Below, in pieces: positions 1 to 12,094 of a stretch of 64,000 nucleotides of DNA (the first letter of the stretch is position 1; every line of letters starts with the position of its first letter). Origin of the DNA: Octopus bimaculoides (taxonomy: Eukaryota); the NCBI RefSeq assembly GCF_001194135.2, contig NC_068982.1:66651073-66715072 (forward strand), given 5' to 3'. Position numbers and translations under genes: made by a program. The notes under the pieces were generated by a model that saw only the letters and a program-made list of their open reading frames with translations, had not been told where the DNA came from and searched no databases.

Positions 1-628
1 GTTTAGCAACTGCAACCACCGCTCTTTCCACACATTCAGGTTCTATCACAAGCAAAATTGCACAAATGATCACGCAACATAATAACACAACCCCCCACAG
101 GCAACCTATTCAACCTGGCAAAAAATCCATCTTTCACCATCTTTTTGAATAGGATTATTTCCTTTCGATCATCTCACCACACATGTACCACCAAATCTAT
201 TACTCGTATTCTCAATTTCACAAGAACACTACCTACACAAACAGACTACGTCACCTCTTTCAATCCCTTTCCACCGTCTATAAATAGGCTTGGCAGCATC
301 CTAAAATATGATACTACTAACTACCTTTCCACCCATCCCTCTCCTTTATCTCTGTTCTTGGTTTATCACTCATACCCCCACCACCTATATACTACACACA
401 CGCATTCCTTCCTACTCACTAGACTTTTTAACCTCATCCCCCTATTCCTCCTTCACTCTATATACCTCTGCTATATATGCCTCTGCTATATATGCTATAT
501 CAACTCTCGTTCCAACATAAATTTCCGGATTATTCACACAAGGATAAATTTGCACGAATTTCTACACGGATATTTACCACTGGAATGAAAATACACTTCA
601 AGTACTGTTCTCTCTTTTTTCAGCACAT

Positions 629-1121
629 NNNNNNNNNNNNNNNNNNNNNNNNNNNNNNNNNNNNNNNNNNNNNNNNNNNNNNNNNNNNNNNNNNNNNNNN
701 NNNNNNNNNNNNNNNNNNNNNNNNNNNNNNNNNNNNNNNNNNNNNNNNNNNNNNNNNNNNNNNNNNNNNNNNNNNNNNNNNNNNNNNNNNNNNNNNNNNN
801 NNNNNNNNNNNNNNNNNNNNNNNNNNNNNNNNNNNNNNNNNNNNNNNNNNNNNNNNNNNNNNNNNNNNNNNNNNNNNNNNNNNNNNNNNNNNNNNNNNNN
901 NNNNNNNNNNNNNNNNNNNNNNNNNNNNNNNNNNNNNNNNNNNNNNNNNNNNNNNNNNNNNNNNNNNNNNNNNNNNNNNNNNNNNNNNNNNNNNNNNNNN
1001 NNNNNNNNNNNNNNNNNNNNNNNNNNNNNNNNNNNNNNNNNNNNNNNNNNNNNNNNNNNNNNNNNNNNNNNNNNNNNNNNNNNNNNNNNNNNNNNNNNNN
1101 NNNNNNNNNNNNNNNNNNNNN
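629..1121. other. Assembly gap (N run)
   Basis: Run of N. Other gaps: 13996-14375, 27960-28106, 29910-29919, 31278-31733, 39058-39144, 51826-51835, 60982-61075, 62293-62302. Most abut microsatellites. Confidence 0.99.
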
Positions 1122-1371
1122 ATTAAAAATGAGGAAGGCCGGTTTATGGGATTACCTTAGGTTTCCTGTTCATAAAGGGTTTAGCTTTATGGTGTATCAT
1201 CAGATCCCAAAACTTGTTGGCTCAAGACCTCTTGAAAATATGGAGGAGGAAATGCCTCACTACTCAAAGGTAACAATTGAGGATTATCTCCCTTTGCTAT
1301 TGGCTATCGACTTCTGGGTGTGCCGCCATCTTGTGAGCTTCAAAAGGCTAGCAGGAACCTCCTGAAATGTA

Positions 1372-1665
1372 AGGAAGCGCCGCAAAAATACCATTTGGTT
1401 TGTACTCCACCTCTCTCTTAACACAAAAACGCACGTATTCCTCAAATTAATAGATAAGCATTTCATTAGCTCCCATAGGTACGGACCCATTTTCAACAGG
1501 CACAATGTTAGAGTCTCGTTTAGCTGTTCCTCTAGCATTAAGAGCATCCTAGTTAGCACCCTTAGGCCACGAGAAGAGACAGAATGTTCATTAAGAGACC
1601 GCAACAAATGCTCGGTAGGAGGCCACTGCGAAACCAAAGGGGTCGTCTATGAGCCGAAGTACTAG
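1372..1665 (+). mobile_element. Penelope-like retroelement fragment (RT-to-GIY-YIG linker and Cys cluster)
   Basis: An ATG-less frame reads RKRRKNTIWFVLHLSLNTKTHVFLKLIDKHFISSHRYGPIFNRHNVRVSFSCSSSIKSIL...CSLRDRNKCSVGGHCETKGVVYE*. This matches the PLE linker pattern (IIWFNPP..FLKLIDKHF..IFNRN.VKVSYSC..C.CR...C...G.C....VVY) as I recall it. Confidence 0.85.
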
Positions 1666-1669
1666 CAAA

Positions 1670-2240
1670 TCCTGGCAATACCACCGGTAAAAGCAGTAGC
1701 AGCCGTAGATACGAGAACAGAACCCGCAACGCCACCACCTCACCACACCATTAACAACGATAACAATAACAGCACCAACGACAGTATTAGAAATTCCCCC
1801 GACGGCATCGACAGCAACAACAACAGCAATATCACCATCAGCAGCAACATTACCAAAATCTTCCCTAACGTCCACAGTAGCAAACCTGACAACCACTATA
1901 GCAGCAGCAGCAGGTCCAGTGCCACCATTAGCAATAACGGTAATACTAGCAGCAATGGCAAAAGCAGCGGCAGTGACCCTAGCAGAAACACTAACGGAAA
2001 ACACAGCTAATGACATCTCTAGCAGCAATGGCAACACTCCCACCAATGACGAGGACCACAATAATAACAACAGCACCTTCACCATAACCGGCAGTGGCGA
2101 TACCATTACCGACGCCACCACCACCACCTCCAGCGACGCCAACACCAGCAGTCCCAGCTCCAACAACAACGATGTCGGCAGCAGCAACAACATCAGCAGA
2201 TGCAGACACAGCGCCCACGGAGATACAATGTATATTCCGG
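1670..2240. repeat. Degenerate CAN-triplet low-complexity tract
   Basis: Rich in CAG/CAA/CAC. The ORFs on both strands (1591-2259, 1919-2335) are low-complexity artefacts. Confidence 0.75.
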
Positions 2241-2603
2241 AAACCCTTTCAAATACCATCTCTCCAACTACAGATCGTCCTTCAGAGAGAGAGAGAGAGA
2301 GAGAGAGAGACGTGGACGGACAGACAGGAAAGTGAGGATGCGAGGCCTAGCGATTAATGTGTTGTGTTCATGATCATAAGATTGTGCTTTTGATCCATAG
2401 ATCGAGCGGTGTATTGTGTCTTTGAACAAGGTACTCCATTTCACGTTGCTCCAGTCTACTCAAGTGAATAATGAATACCAGACTATTGCTGAGGATAACT
2501 CTTTTCCCCACTAGTTAAATCAAGGAGTAAAAGGGACGGTACATGTTATCACGTCATATTTGTAGTTTGTAGGAGTAACGGCTATAGTTTGTTCTACACG
2601 TGT

Positions 2604-2608
2604 GTGGG

Positions 2609-2639
<31 letters not shown>

Positions 2640-2702
2640 GGATAGGTAGATAGATAGATAGATACATACATACATACATACATACATACATACGTACGTA
2701 CG
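2604..2702. repeat. Compound microsatellite (TATG)n-(GATA)n-(CATA)n
   Basis: Direct reading. The TATG and CATA arms are reverse complements. Confidence 0.95.
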
Positions 2703-3314
2703 TAGACTCACTGGGTGTTTGCTCGACTACAAATTTGACTAAACTCTCGTGTTGTATTAATATCAAATTTAGATGTTGATAGTAACAAATAGAACTTGGA
2801 AAATTACTTCTGATTAAAAAAAAATAATAATAATTCGAAATAATTTCCAAAAGAAGAAAAACAAGTAGAAAAATTCGTTATTTAAAAGAAAACATGAATA
2901 TTCTATCGTTACTTGTAGTTTTATTTTTATTTCATATTGTATTTATTCATTTATTATTATTTGCAAATGAAACATTACCAAGATGTTTTCTTTTCAGAAA
3001 TTCTTTAACATATGCTACATCGTCAAAGAATTTCTTTTTTCAGCAGACGATACTTTGATTTTTTAAATTTTTTTATTTGCTTTAACGATGATTATTAAAT
3101 ATTTCTCACATGACACAGCTTCTTCGTCTGCGAACTTCTAAGTGCAACATTTCACCGGCGTATCAATTAAGAAATCGATGTTAATCATTCAAACAGATAT
3201 TTATTCATTTATTTTTGCGTAACATCATTCTATACTAGAAGTGTACATATATACAGGAAGTGGTGTTTACTGAATATTACTACAAGGTGAACTTAGATAT
3301 TGTTACATTAAATA

Positions 3315-3830
3315 AATGCCTTAGGTCGAAATAGTAAACCGCCTAAATAGTTAAATATCTAAATATCTAACTGTAAACAGATAACTGTCTCAATAGTTAA
3401 ATGCCTAAATTGACCAAAGAGATAAAAGGTTAAATAGTCTACTGTCTAAACAGCTAAGTATCTATATAGTCAACAGGTTAAATAGCCAACTGATTAAATA
3501 GCCAATTACTTAAATAACAACTAGCCTATTGGCTAAATATTCAATGCCTAAATAGCCAACAACTTAATAGACAGGTGTCTAAATGTATTAGCGAATGAAC
3601 GCTGGTCTTAATAGTTAAATGCATAAACAGACAAGTGACTAAAATAATCCACTGGCTAAATAGTTAACTGCCTAAATGGTAAACTGACCAAATAGCTAAG
3701 TGGCTAAAATGCTAACCAATTGATTAAATAGTCAACTGGATAAATAGCTAACCATTGGTTAAATATTTAATAGTGCTAAAATAGCCAACAACCTGAGTAG
3801 AGTAAATAACAATCTTAATAGACGAGAGTC
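3315..3830. repeat. Degenerate short-period tandem array (TAAATAGYYAAC-like units)
   Basis: Recurring taaatagttaa / taaatagccaa / taaatagctaa variants over about 500 bp. Confidence 0.7.
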
Positions 3831-3925
3831 TAAATTAATGTTTCCCAATCAGGGTTCCGCGAGAGGTGGCCAGAGTTCTGCGAGAAATAATGATAATTAG
3901 TTTAATTATGTTCGTCTGAGTCATT

Positions 3926-4015
<90 letters not shown>
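3926..4015. repeat. (GT)n(GA)n microsatellite
   Basis: Direct reading. Confidence 0.98.
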
Positions 4016-4021
<6 letters not shown>

Positions 4022-4938
4022 CGCGCGTGTTAAATTTTATTTTGAAGTCAACCTTAAATTAGAGACTAAAGAAGGTCTGTGCCGGCATCTTCTCTTGTTC
4101 TTTAGACTGCCCTCAAAACATTAAACTTCTTCACTAATTGTATCTACATATAAATACAAATCAAACAACCATGTTCTCATTAGTTCTGTCTGTACTTCTT
4201 GGCATGCAATTAGTTACAAACCCCATTCGCCTACGTTATTTCCTGTTTTTATTATTATTATTTTTTTAAAACTCATCATCGAAGAATGTTGTGTAAATTT
4301 TTAAATTTTTAGTATATTTACGTTTTTCTTTTTTTGTTGTTAGTTTATGAAATGTTTGTGTTAATGTACATTTTGATTATTGTAAGAAAAGTTTTTTTCT
4401 TTCGTTTCCCCTTTTTTTTATATATCTCATCTCTAAGGTTAATTCTTCTGTTTGCCTTTTATTTGCTTCAGTTTCATTGGTTTGTTATTTATTTTCTATT
4501 CTATTTCCACTCTTTACATTTTGTAAAATGTTCCGACGTAATGGTTTTTTTGAAGAGGATACATTCAGAAAATTCTAATGAGGCGAGTGAAAAAGAATCG
4601 CGAACTTGATAAGCATTTCAGCACTAATGCGAAAATGGACACAAAACGGATCCGTTTATACAATGGTAGGTAGGGCCAGTGATCCAAGTTTCCATGGTGT
4701 TTTGTCTGTAACAAACAACACTGAAATGAATGTAGCAATGAATTCAGCAATTCTGAAAAGGTACTTCATGACAAATCATAATCATATGAAGAATGAAAGT
4801 GCTGACATACCAGTATATATAGCATTTATAAAGTTTATACAAGCGTGGACGGGCCTAGCTGTAATGTTTAATCCCAGAGAAACTTTTCAAAGAGAGTTGT
4901 GTGTTAAAACATAAAGCTTTGTTCAAAACGCCGATGGA

Positions 4939-4984
4939 TCGCCAGACACAGTGTTTCGATCTGAGTTGGTCTCATCAGTGATGA
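4939..4984 (-). ncRNA. Type I minimal hammerhead ribozyme motif (HHR1)
   Basis: Minus strand reads UCAUCA-CUGAUGA-GACC-AACUCA-GAUC-GAAA-CAC-U-GUG-UC|UGGCGA. The core is intact, the cleavage triplet is GUC and stem III is palindromic. Stems I and II each have one mismatch. Confidence 0.75.
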
Positions 4985-5240
4985 ATACTTCAGACGTGCT
5001 GAGTTTAGTTGAACATGCTTGTTCTGACATAGAAACAGGTAAACAAAACATTTACTGATTCGTGCGAAAGCAAACCATACGAGAATTAGATTTTTTTACG
5101 CACATGAAACAGATTTAGACGAAAATATTTCTGTACATGACATTTATAGTGTGTCTACAAGCATGAAACAGCATTATCTGCAATGTTTTGTTTCAGAGAA
5201 ATTTGTCAAAACAAAGGTCTTCGTTCAAAACTCCGGTGGA

Positions 5241-5286
5241 TCACCAAACACGGTGTTTTGACCTGATTCGGTTTCTTCAGTTACGA
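5241..5286 (-). ncRNA. Degenerate type I hammerhead motif (HHR2)
   Basis: UCGUAA-CUGAAGA-AACC-GAAUCA-GGUC-AAAA-CAC-C-GUG-UU|UGGUGA. GAAA is changed to AAAA (G12A) and the triplet is GUU, so it is probably inactive. Confidence 0.6.
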
Positions 5287-5552
5287 ATGTACTTGTTCCG
5301 ATATAAAAACCGGTAAAAAAAAAGTGCTGATTATTTTGAAAGACTAATTGATTTTTAAAATAAACAATGTCTAGGTTTTGTAGCTTTTGTAAATAAAGGT
5401 AGTGTCAGTGAAAAATTACTGAGAAATTAAGTTATCTCTTATCAGTAAATGTCACGTTATAACTTTTGTATGACTTGTCAATGAGGAAGAAATTTAAAAC
5501 ATTTCTGTTGTGAAGAATTGCCTGAAACAAACAAAGGGATACATACATACAT

Positions 5553-5927
5553 GTTGTTGTTGGCACTCCGTCGCTTACGACGTCGAGGGTTCCAGTTGAT
5601 CCGATCAACGGAACAGCCTGCTCGTGAAATTAACGTGCAAGTGGCTGAGCACTCCACAGACAGGTGTACCCTTAACGTAGTTCTCGGGGATATTCAGCGT
5701 GACACAGAATGTGACAAGGCTGACCCTTTGAATTACAGGCACAACAGAAACAGGAAGTAAGAGTGAGAGAAAGTTGTGGTGGAAGAGTACAACAGGGTTC
5801 GCCACCATCCCCTGCCGGAGCCTCGTGGAGCTTTAGGCGTTTTCGCTCAATAAACATTCACAACGCCGGGTCTGGGAATCGAAACCGCGAGTCCGCTGCC
5901 CTAACCACTGGGCCATTGCGCCTCCAC
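5553..5927 (-). mobile_element. tRNA-headed SINE, family A (near full length)
   Basis: The minus strand begins GTGGAGGCGCAATGGCCCAGTGGTTAGGGC... (A/B-box-like) and ends in a (CAA)n tail. It is flanked by an ATACATACATACATGT duplication. Near-identical to 8758-9074 and 20441-20826. Confidence 0.9.
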
Positions 5928-6587
5928 ATACATACATACATACATGTGTGTATATATACACACACACGCACGCACACACACCCCCAATATTTTACCCCAT
6001 ATCTCGAAACAAAGTCTCTTCTACAAGAACAGTGTGGCACCAACGCTTTTTCTTAAGAGGCTTCGTTTCTCTTTTAAAACAAGAAAATGTAGGTATTATC
6101 TCTCAACACATTGCTTTCTTCACTGAAAATTGCTGATTTCAAAATCTCTTGGAGATGGATTGATTAACGCTTTCGATGCTGCTATAAAAAAACGATCATC
6201 TTTATTAAAGAAAGACCAGTTCACTCCAGGATGTTTTAAAAAACTGCGTGAAACCTGGATAAAGAGTACATGAATTTGTTTACTACATCTAGAAATCCAG
6301 TGGTCTAGTAGAGGAAGATTTCTAGATAGGATATCTGAGCTGAAAGATTAATTGCGGGAAGATTTTAAAAAAAACAATAAGCCAGGGTTTTCCAAGTTAT
6401 TTGAAGACGTAAACTATTGTAGAAGCTAGTCTACTTGGCATTTTTCATCTCGTGAATCAGTGGAACAAATCACTTCAAGTTTCTGGAGAAAATGTTTTGA
6501 CTCCTGATGACATGATACTTTGTTTTAAAAGAAAACTGACAAATATATTGAGAAAATCCAGGCTTGCTCATGATTTTTCCAAAACCA

Positions 6588-8110
6588 AGGTAAGAATAAA
6601 GCAATTATGATACATTATATGGATGACCTCGAAATATATACACAAAAGGAAACAGACTCTGATCCAAACAGTAAGAATATTCAGTAAAGAGAGTTTGGAA
6701 GAAAAAGTCTGATGGCATAAAATAACCAAAAGGCATCATTCGACCGTTATGGAATAATGAGGGATACAGATACTTCGGTGTGCTGCAATACGATAAAATA
6801 ATAGTAAGAAAGATGAGAGCGAAAGTCACTAAAGAGTACAAAAAGAGAATTAAGAAGGTGCTCGAAACAAAATTAAATGGATGGAACATCATTGAAACCA
6901 TAATTACATGGGCAATGCCAGTACTGAGATACTCTGCCCCCTTTCTGAAATGTACAAAGATCGAGCTGCAGGTCTTAGAAGATAGAAGAACCGAAAAGAT
7001 GTTAACAATGCATAATGCACACCATCCTAAAATTAATACCGACCGACTCTATCTGCCAAGAAGGGAAGGTGACAGAAGATTACTAAACGCGGAAGACTGT
7101 TGGTACTGCAATACTGAACCTGAAATATTATGTTGTACAGAGTAAAGATAGAATACTTTCGGCAGCCAGAGATACCTAAGAAGTAACTGAAACAGTAAGG
7201 TAATTCAAAGGGAAAAGGAAGAACAACAGAATGAACAAATGGAAAGAAATGGAATTGCATGGCCAATTCATGCAACAAACGGAAAGTGTTGCAAGTGAAG
7301 CCCGGTGGCTTTGGTTGACAGACGGGAACTTGAAACGAGAAACTGAACGTTAATTATTGCCTTTCAGGAACAAGCCCTTAGAACAAATCTAATAAAGACA
7401 AAGAACGACAAAACTCAGTCAGACACTAATTGTAGAATCTACAAGAAAGGAATCGAGAGTATCAATCACATTTTGTGCGAGTGCAGTATACTAGCACAAA
7501 AGGAGAACAAGCGAAGGAGTAGATGCGTAGGCTAAAGAGTACGTTGGGATGTTAGTCGAGTATGTGGCTTCAAAACAACAGAAAAGTGGTATGGGCACGA
7601 ACCAGAGGCAGTGATGGAAAACGAAAATTATAAGATCTTGTGGAACTTCGCCATAAAAGCTGACCATACTATTGAAACCAGACATGATTATAGAGGGCAA
7701 AATAAACAAATAGTGCAAGATCATAGATTTTGCAATTCTCAATGATAGCGGAGTCGATACTCACAAAACGGAAAAAAAAAAAGAAATACCAGGATCTAGC
7801 CAGAGAGCTGAAGCGACTGTGAAAGACCAAGACAACAATTATTTCTGTAATAATAGGGTTCACTTGGCACAATACCCAAAATGCTACTTGAAAAACTGAA
7901 AGAAATTGGAATTGAAACTCACATTGTCGACCTGCAGAAAAGTGTCATCCTATATGTTGCCAGAATCTCATGAAAAAGTCTTGAGATTTGAGGAGACTTG
8001 TAGTCACCAAACCACAAGATAAAATACCTGTTAACTAATAATAGTAATAAACAACAACAACAACAACAACAATAATAATAATAATAATAATAGTAATAAT
8101 AATAACAACA
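6588..8110 (+). mobile_element. 5'-truncated Dong/R4-clade (RLE-type) non-LTR retrotransposon with (CAA)/(TAA)n tail
   Basis: YMDDLEIY (~6616); ORF 6780-7145 with ...LNGWNII..I.TWAMPVLRYSA...DRLYLPRREG; zinc-knuckle remnant ESINHILCEC; ENENYKILWNF; IIDFA / KKYQDLARELKRL; DLQKSVIL; TAA-rich tail. It has several frameshifts and stops. Confidence 0.85.
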
Positions 8111-8139
8111 ACTGTTTGAAGGTGCTGTCATGGAAATGC

Positions 8140-8335
8140 TTTTTGTCTTAGTGTAAAAGATGGGCTACAGCAAATATTCTGCTCAATACCACAGATTTGC
8201 TTGTCAGTTGTTTGACTTTGACCAGTTGAGCATGTTCCTTGATAGCTGACGATATGTGCATCTCCGATCACGAGCAGAAGTAGTGGGGGAGCTTCATAGC
8301 CATGTGATGAGAGGAATTCTTTGGGTTTTGAATAA
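8140..8335. repeat. Dispersed repeat, second copy at about 44600-44750
   Basis: Shared block CTCAATACCACAGATTTGCTTGTCAGTTG...GCTGACGATATG...AGTAGTGGGGGAGC. Confidence 0.75.
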
Positions 8336-8757
8336 TTTCCATTTGGAAACATTAGTATTTCGTTCAACATCCTTAAACAAGCCTTATCCAAAGAGCTTTT
8401 GAGCTGGATGGGCTACTCGATTTGAAGAAAATTCTAACTTGGCAAGGTCGTGCACTATTTATCTTTATATGACTTCACTATGTCGCGCGTATATGATTGT
8501 GATGCATATACCTGGTGTACCCTTATCAGACTGGTAGTGATGATGGATATACAAGGCTTCGTATTACTCCAGTGTCTCTTTGATGACATGCGCTGCTCTC
8601 TCGTTCAATAATGATAATAATAATCCTTTCCACTACAGGTACAAGGCCTTATAAAAATAACAACAAATAATGATAATAATAATCCTTTCTACTAAAGGCA
8701 CAAGGCCTGAAATTTTGGGTGAGGGACATAGTCAATTACAGCGACCCCAGTGTTTCA

Positions 8758-9074
8758 CTCGTGAAATTAACGTGCAAGTGGCTGAGCACTCCAGATACGT
8801 GTACCCTTAACGTAGTTCTCGGGGATATTCAGCGTGACACAGTGTGACAAGGCTGACCCTTTGAATTACAGGCACAACAGAAACAGGAAGTAAGAGTGAG
8901 AGAAATTTGTGGTGAAAGAGTACAGCAGGGTTCGCCACCATCCCCTGCCGGAGCCTCGTGGAGCTTTAGGTGTTTTCGCTCAATAAACACTCACAACGCC
9001 CGGTCTGGGAATCGAAACCGCGATCCTATTACCACGAGTCCGCTACCCTAACCACTGGGCCATTGCGCCTCCAC
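8758..9074 (-). mobile_element. SINE family A, 3'-truncated copy
   Basis: Near-identical to 5553-5927 from CTCGTGAAATT onward. Confidence 0.9.
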
Positions 9075-12000
9075 AAACAGAGAGATAAGCTCTTTGAAAA
9101 TTGGGTCTCAAAAGAGTTAGATCTTTTATCAGCCTTAGGACATATAGACCGGAACTTAACCTGGATTTCATGGAGTAGATTGCCATTTCTTTATGTATAA
9201 TTTAGAATAGCAGTTTTAGTTTTCAATGTAATAAAGGATTTAACCCAAATATCACCAGTTTTTACCTAGTTTTGATACGATATAATTCAGTAATGTCACC
9301 AAGTTGTAGACATTGCGCATGCAGAAGGTGTCCTTGAACAATCTTCCCCGGTTAATCTGTTCCCGGTTAATCAGCCAAGCCTTTGACCTCTAGGTCAGTA
9401 ACAGATTGCGCCCACTCCCGTTTTAAAAATTGATTTGCCAATAAAGTAGGCCTAACACAGAATAGTCTTTTCTAATGTTAAAACAGCAGCCGTGTAAGCC
9501 CTGAAAAATTAAATATGTCATGTATATTCATTCCTAACGGACTTACATTGCTTTACATACATTACTATTCCCACTTTGTGCCGTTCTAATTGAACTCTCC
9601 ATCCGAAACTACAGTTTCGTACAAAATTTTGATTAACTTTCGTCTTATCTTTCCTTCGACATCTCCCTTAGAAGCTAGTTTAAAATGGTTGTGATGCGAC
9701 CGAGAATTTTCCTCTAAACACCCTTAGATTTTATGGCGATTTTAATACAATTTCGTGCAGTCGCCTAATTTCTGGAGACAGTGTTGCCAGAAACTATAAT
9801 GTGTGTATAGACTGTTATACATTATTTATTCATTACGGTTAATTAAGGTAACGAATATATTCTGAATCATCCTTTACTGCGATGCAGGGATAACTGACTG
9901 GGCGAGATTAGTACAGTTACTCTTTAATTTCAATTTCAACAGATGAAGTGTTTGAATGATAAATGTGAGCAGGAAGAGGGAGACACTAATGGCGTTGTAA
10001 TGATATTTTGGATTGGGCAGTAATGATTAAGCAATGGAAGACTATTCAGTGGAAACGTCGAAATGAGGACATACAAATAGCTCGAACCGACCGTGGTGAT
10101 GTGCAGTTAGTAATTTCAGAGATCATTGTATTAGTAATAAAAAAAAAAAGGGTAAATGAGTGAAGGTTTGACACTGTATTTAAAAACTGGTATCCACACG
10201 CGCGTGTATAAGGGTGTGTGAAGGTGCGTGTCCCTCTGGTTCTCAGTGTTGGGTTCTATTCCATGGACTGGGCTGCGCGTTGTGTCTTTGAATAAGGTAT
10301 ATCAGTCCACTCAGTTGAAAATGAATATGCACCTAGAGCTGGTGCAGCCCTTTCTTTCCTCTAACAGTCACATTCTTGATGTTTCGCTGAATTAAGTATC
10401 AGAAGACCTAATGAACAATTAATAGCAGTAGAGAAAGACAATAGGCCATATTGGCTTGCGAGTAATGGCTATGTAAGCACACACACACACACACACACAC
10501 ACAATGCGTTCGTGCGTATGTTTTAGTTGTTACATACATTGGGCGGATAGTTGCTGGACATAAAAACTTATCAGTCGGTTGAATGATGATAATGATATCA
10601 AATGAAGTCATGACTTGCTTGCGAATTGAATTGAGAGAGAGGGCAGCGCAATGTCAGCCTCTCTCTCAAGCATGTCTTGATCTGGAGACAAAACGAAATC
10701 AAAAAGGTTGGAAGTAAATCTGGATGAAGTGAATGACCAGGGTTTCTGTCGTGTCTTGTCGTGAAACATGCATTTCAGAACACTTACTAAAAAGTCGCCT
10801 TTCTAATCGTTGAGCCTCCTATTGTTCTCATCCTCTCAATTCCATCGAGTGGATAGATACGCCTTAACTCACGGAAAGTTTGGAATTGAACCCTGGAAAT
10901 TTGAACGTAAAAATACATTTCTTACTTGAAATATTATTAAATGGAACTTTTGAGAACTTTTTAACATTTATTTCTCAATTTTTGCCTTTAATCAGAGCAT
11001 ACGAAGACAGTTCATCTTGATCCTTTGCCTGTCTTGTGTATTACATGTGATACACAAGACACATTTCCATGGTGTCCATGCATCGTATATGTCACACATA
11101 CCCAATTTTTTCAACCACCAGAGTAACCTGGGACATATGAAAGAAAAGCTTTATATTACTCAGAGTATACGAAACGAGGGTTAATTAAAACTCAGAAACA
11201 AGCCTGGATGTTTGGGACAAAGTTATGAGAATGCTTTGAACAGCAAAGGGTTAATTAAATTAATTAAAAGTCAGATAATTAGATAAATAATTTATTTGAA
11301 AAACAATCGTAACTTTAGATAATTTTGACAAAATATATGCATACAATGAAAAACATTACAAAATATTTCTTTAAGCTTTCCATTAGAAATCATACACATC
11401 ATTTTAGTGTGTAAAATTACATTTGAGGACAAACCACCAAGAAAAAAAGAAAATGATTATACAAAGAAAGTGTTTTTAAGTTTCAGAATAAAAGACACCT
11501 TCTCTGTGTCAGTTTATAAAACGCAGATAGATCTTAAGGATACCTTATCTAAAAGGACGGGACTTGTTAGAAACGCAAGCGAGATTTGGAAACTAACTTT
11601 ATTTAAAAACAAATTTGGGGTCTCACGTAGCCAAGTCCTTAAAGATAGAATCCCCCAAAACAGTGCTTCAGAAGTTAAAAAAGGTTTCTTACAACTCAAC
11701 TGGAGTATATGAGAACCCACGTGTTCTCTCGTTAAAACCAGTTCCCTCCGAAATTTTAACTACAGATTTTAAGAATATTTTTTTAAAACATATGTATATC
11801 TTATATATTTAAAATAATGTTTAATGTATTCAAGAGTTAAAGAAGTATTTTAATGGTTTCAAAAAGTGAGAATATAAAGTCGTACAAAAATGAAGAATAT
11901 TAAAAACAGTCGATATATATATATTACACTGATTTGGTAAATAGAATTTATAGAATTTCTATATGAAAGCTTCGTCACACAAAAATGCCAACAACTAGGA

Positions 12001-12094
12001 TAATCCTAGTATTAACAAAGAATGTTCACTTCAAAGTAATGTTTTAATATATAACGGATATATTATGAGCTATACTGTTTCTAAGATAGGTACC

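Larger units (their letters stand above)
4806..5320 (-). mobile_element. Non-coding tandem-repeat retroelement with hammerhead motifs (retrozyme or Penelope pLTR-like)
   Basis: Flanked by the 10-bp duplication AAAGTGCTGA (4796-4805, 5321-5330), which splits the hAT codons K-S-A-D/Y-F-E. Contains about 1.7 diverged copies of a ~300-bp unit, each with a hammerhead motif on the minus strand. Confidence 0.8.
3837..6590 (+). mobile_element. Decayed hAT (Charlie/Buster, ZBED5-like) DNA transposon interrupted by younger insertions
   Basis: The left end resembles CAGTGTTTCCCAA. Broken transposase pieces: AMNSAILKRYFMTNHNHMKNESAD (~4735-4805), KSADYFERL (5321-), HFCCEELPETNKG (~5500-5538), HLEIQWSSRGRFLDRISELK (~6285-6345; cf. 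HTEVRWLSRG) and LNKSLQ..ENVLT..D....FKRKL-like (~6460-6540). Confidence 0.8.

Noticed and set aside
1-628. ORFs 145-588, 308-520 and 477-1160 in C/A-rich sequence
   Set aside because: No recognisable motif. The composition suggests a decayed retroelement, but I could not assign it, and one ORF runs through Ns.
1591-2357. Overlapping Ala/Thr/Val-rich ORFs up to 222 aa
   Set aside because: Produced by a CAN-triplet low-complexity tract that is open in several frames on both strands.
5870-5927. tRNA-like sequences here and in many other SINE heads
   Set aside because: They lack complete cloverleaves and continue into SINE bodies, so they are not tRNA genes.
10630-10670. 12-bp-stem hairpin TTGAGAGAGAGG/CCTCTCTCTCAA
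   Set aside because: The stem is mostly (GA)/(TC) microsatellite and is plausible by chance in this genome.
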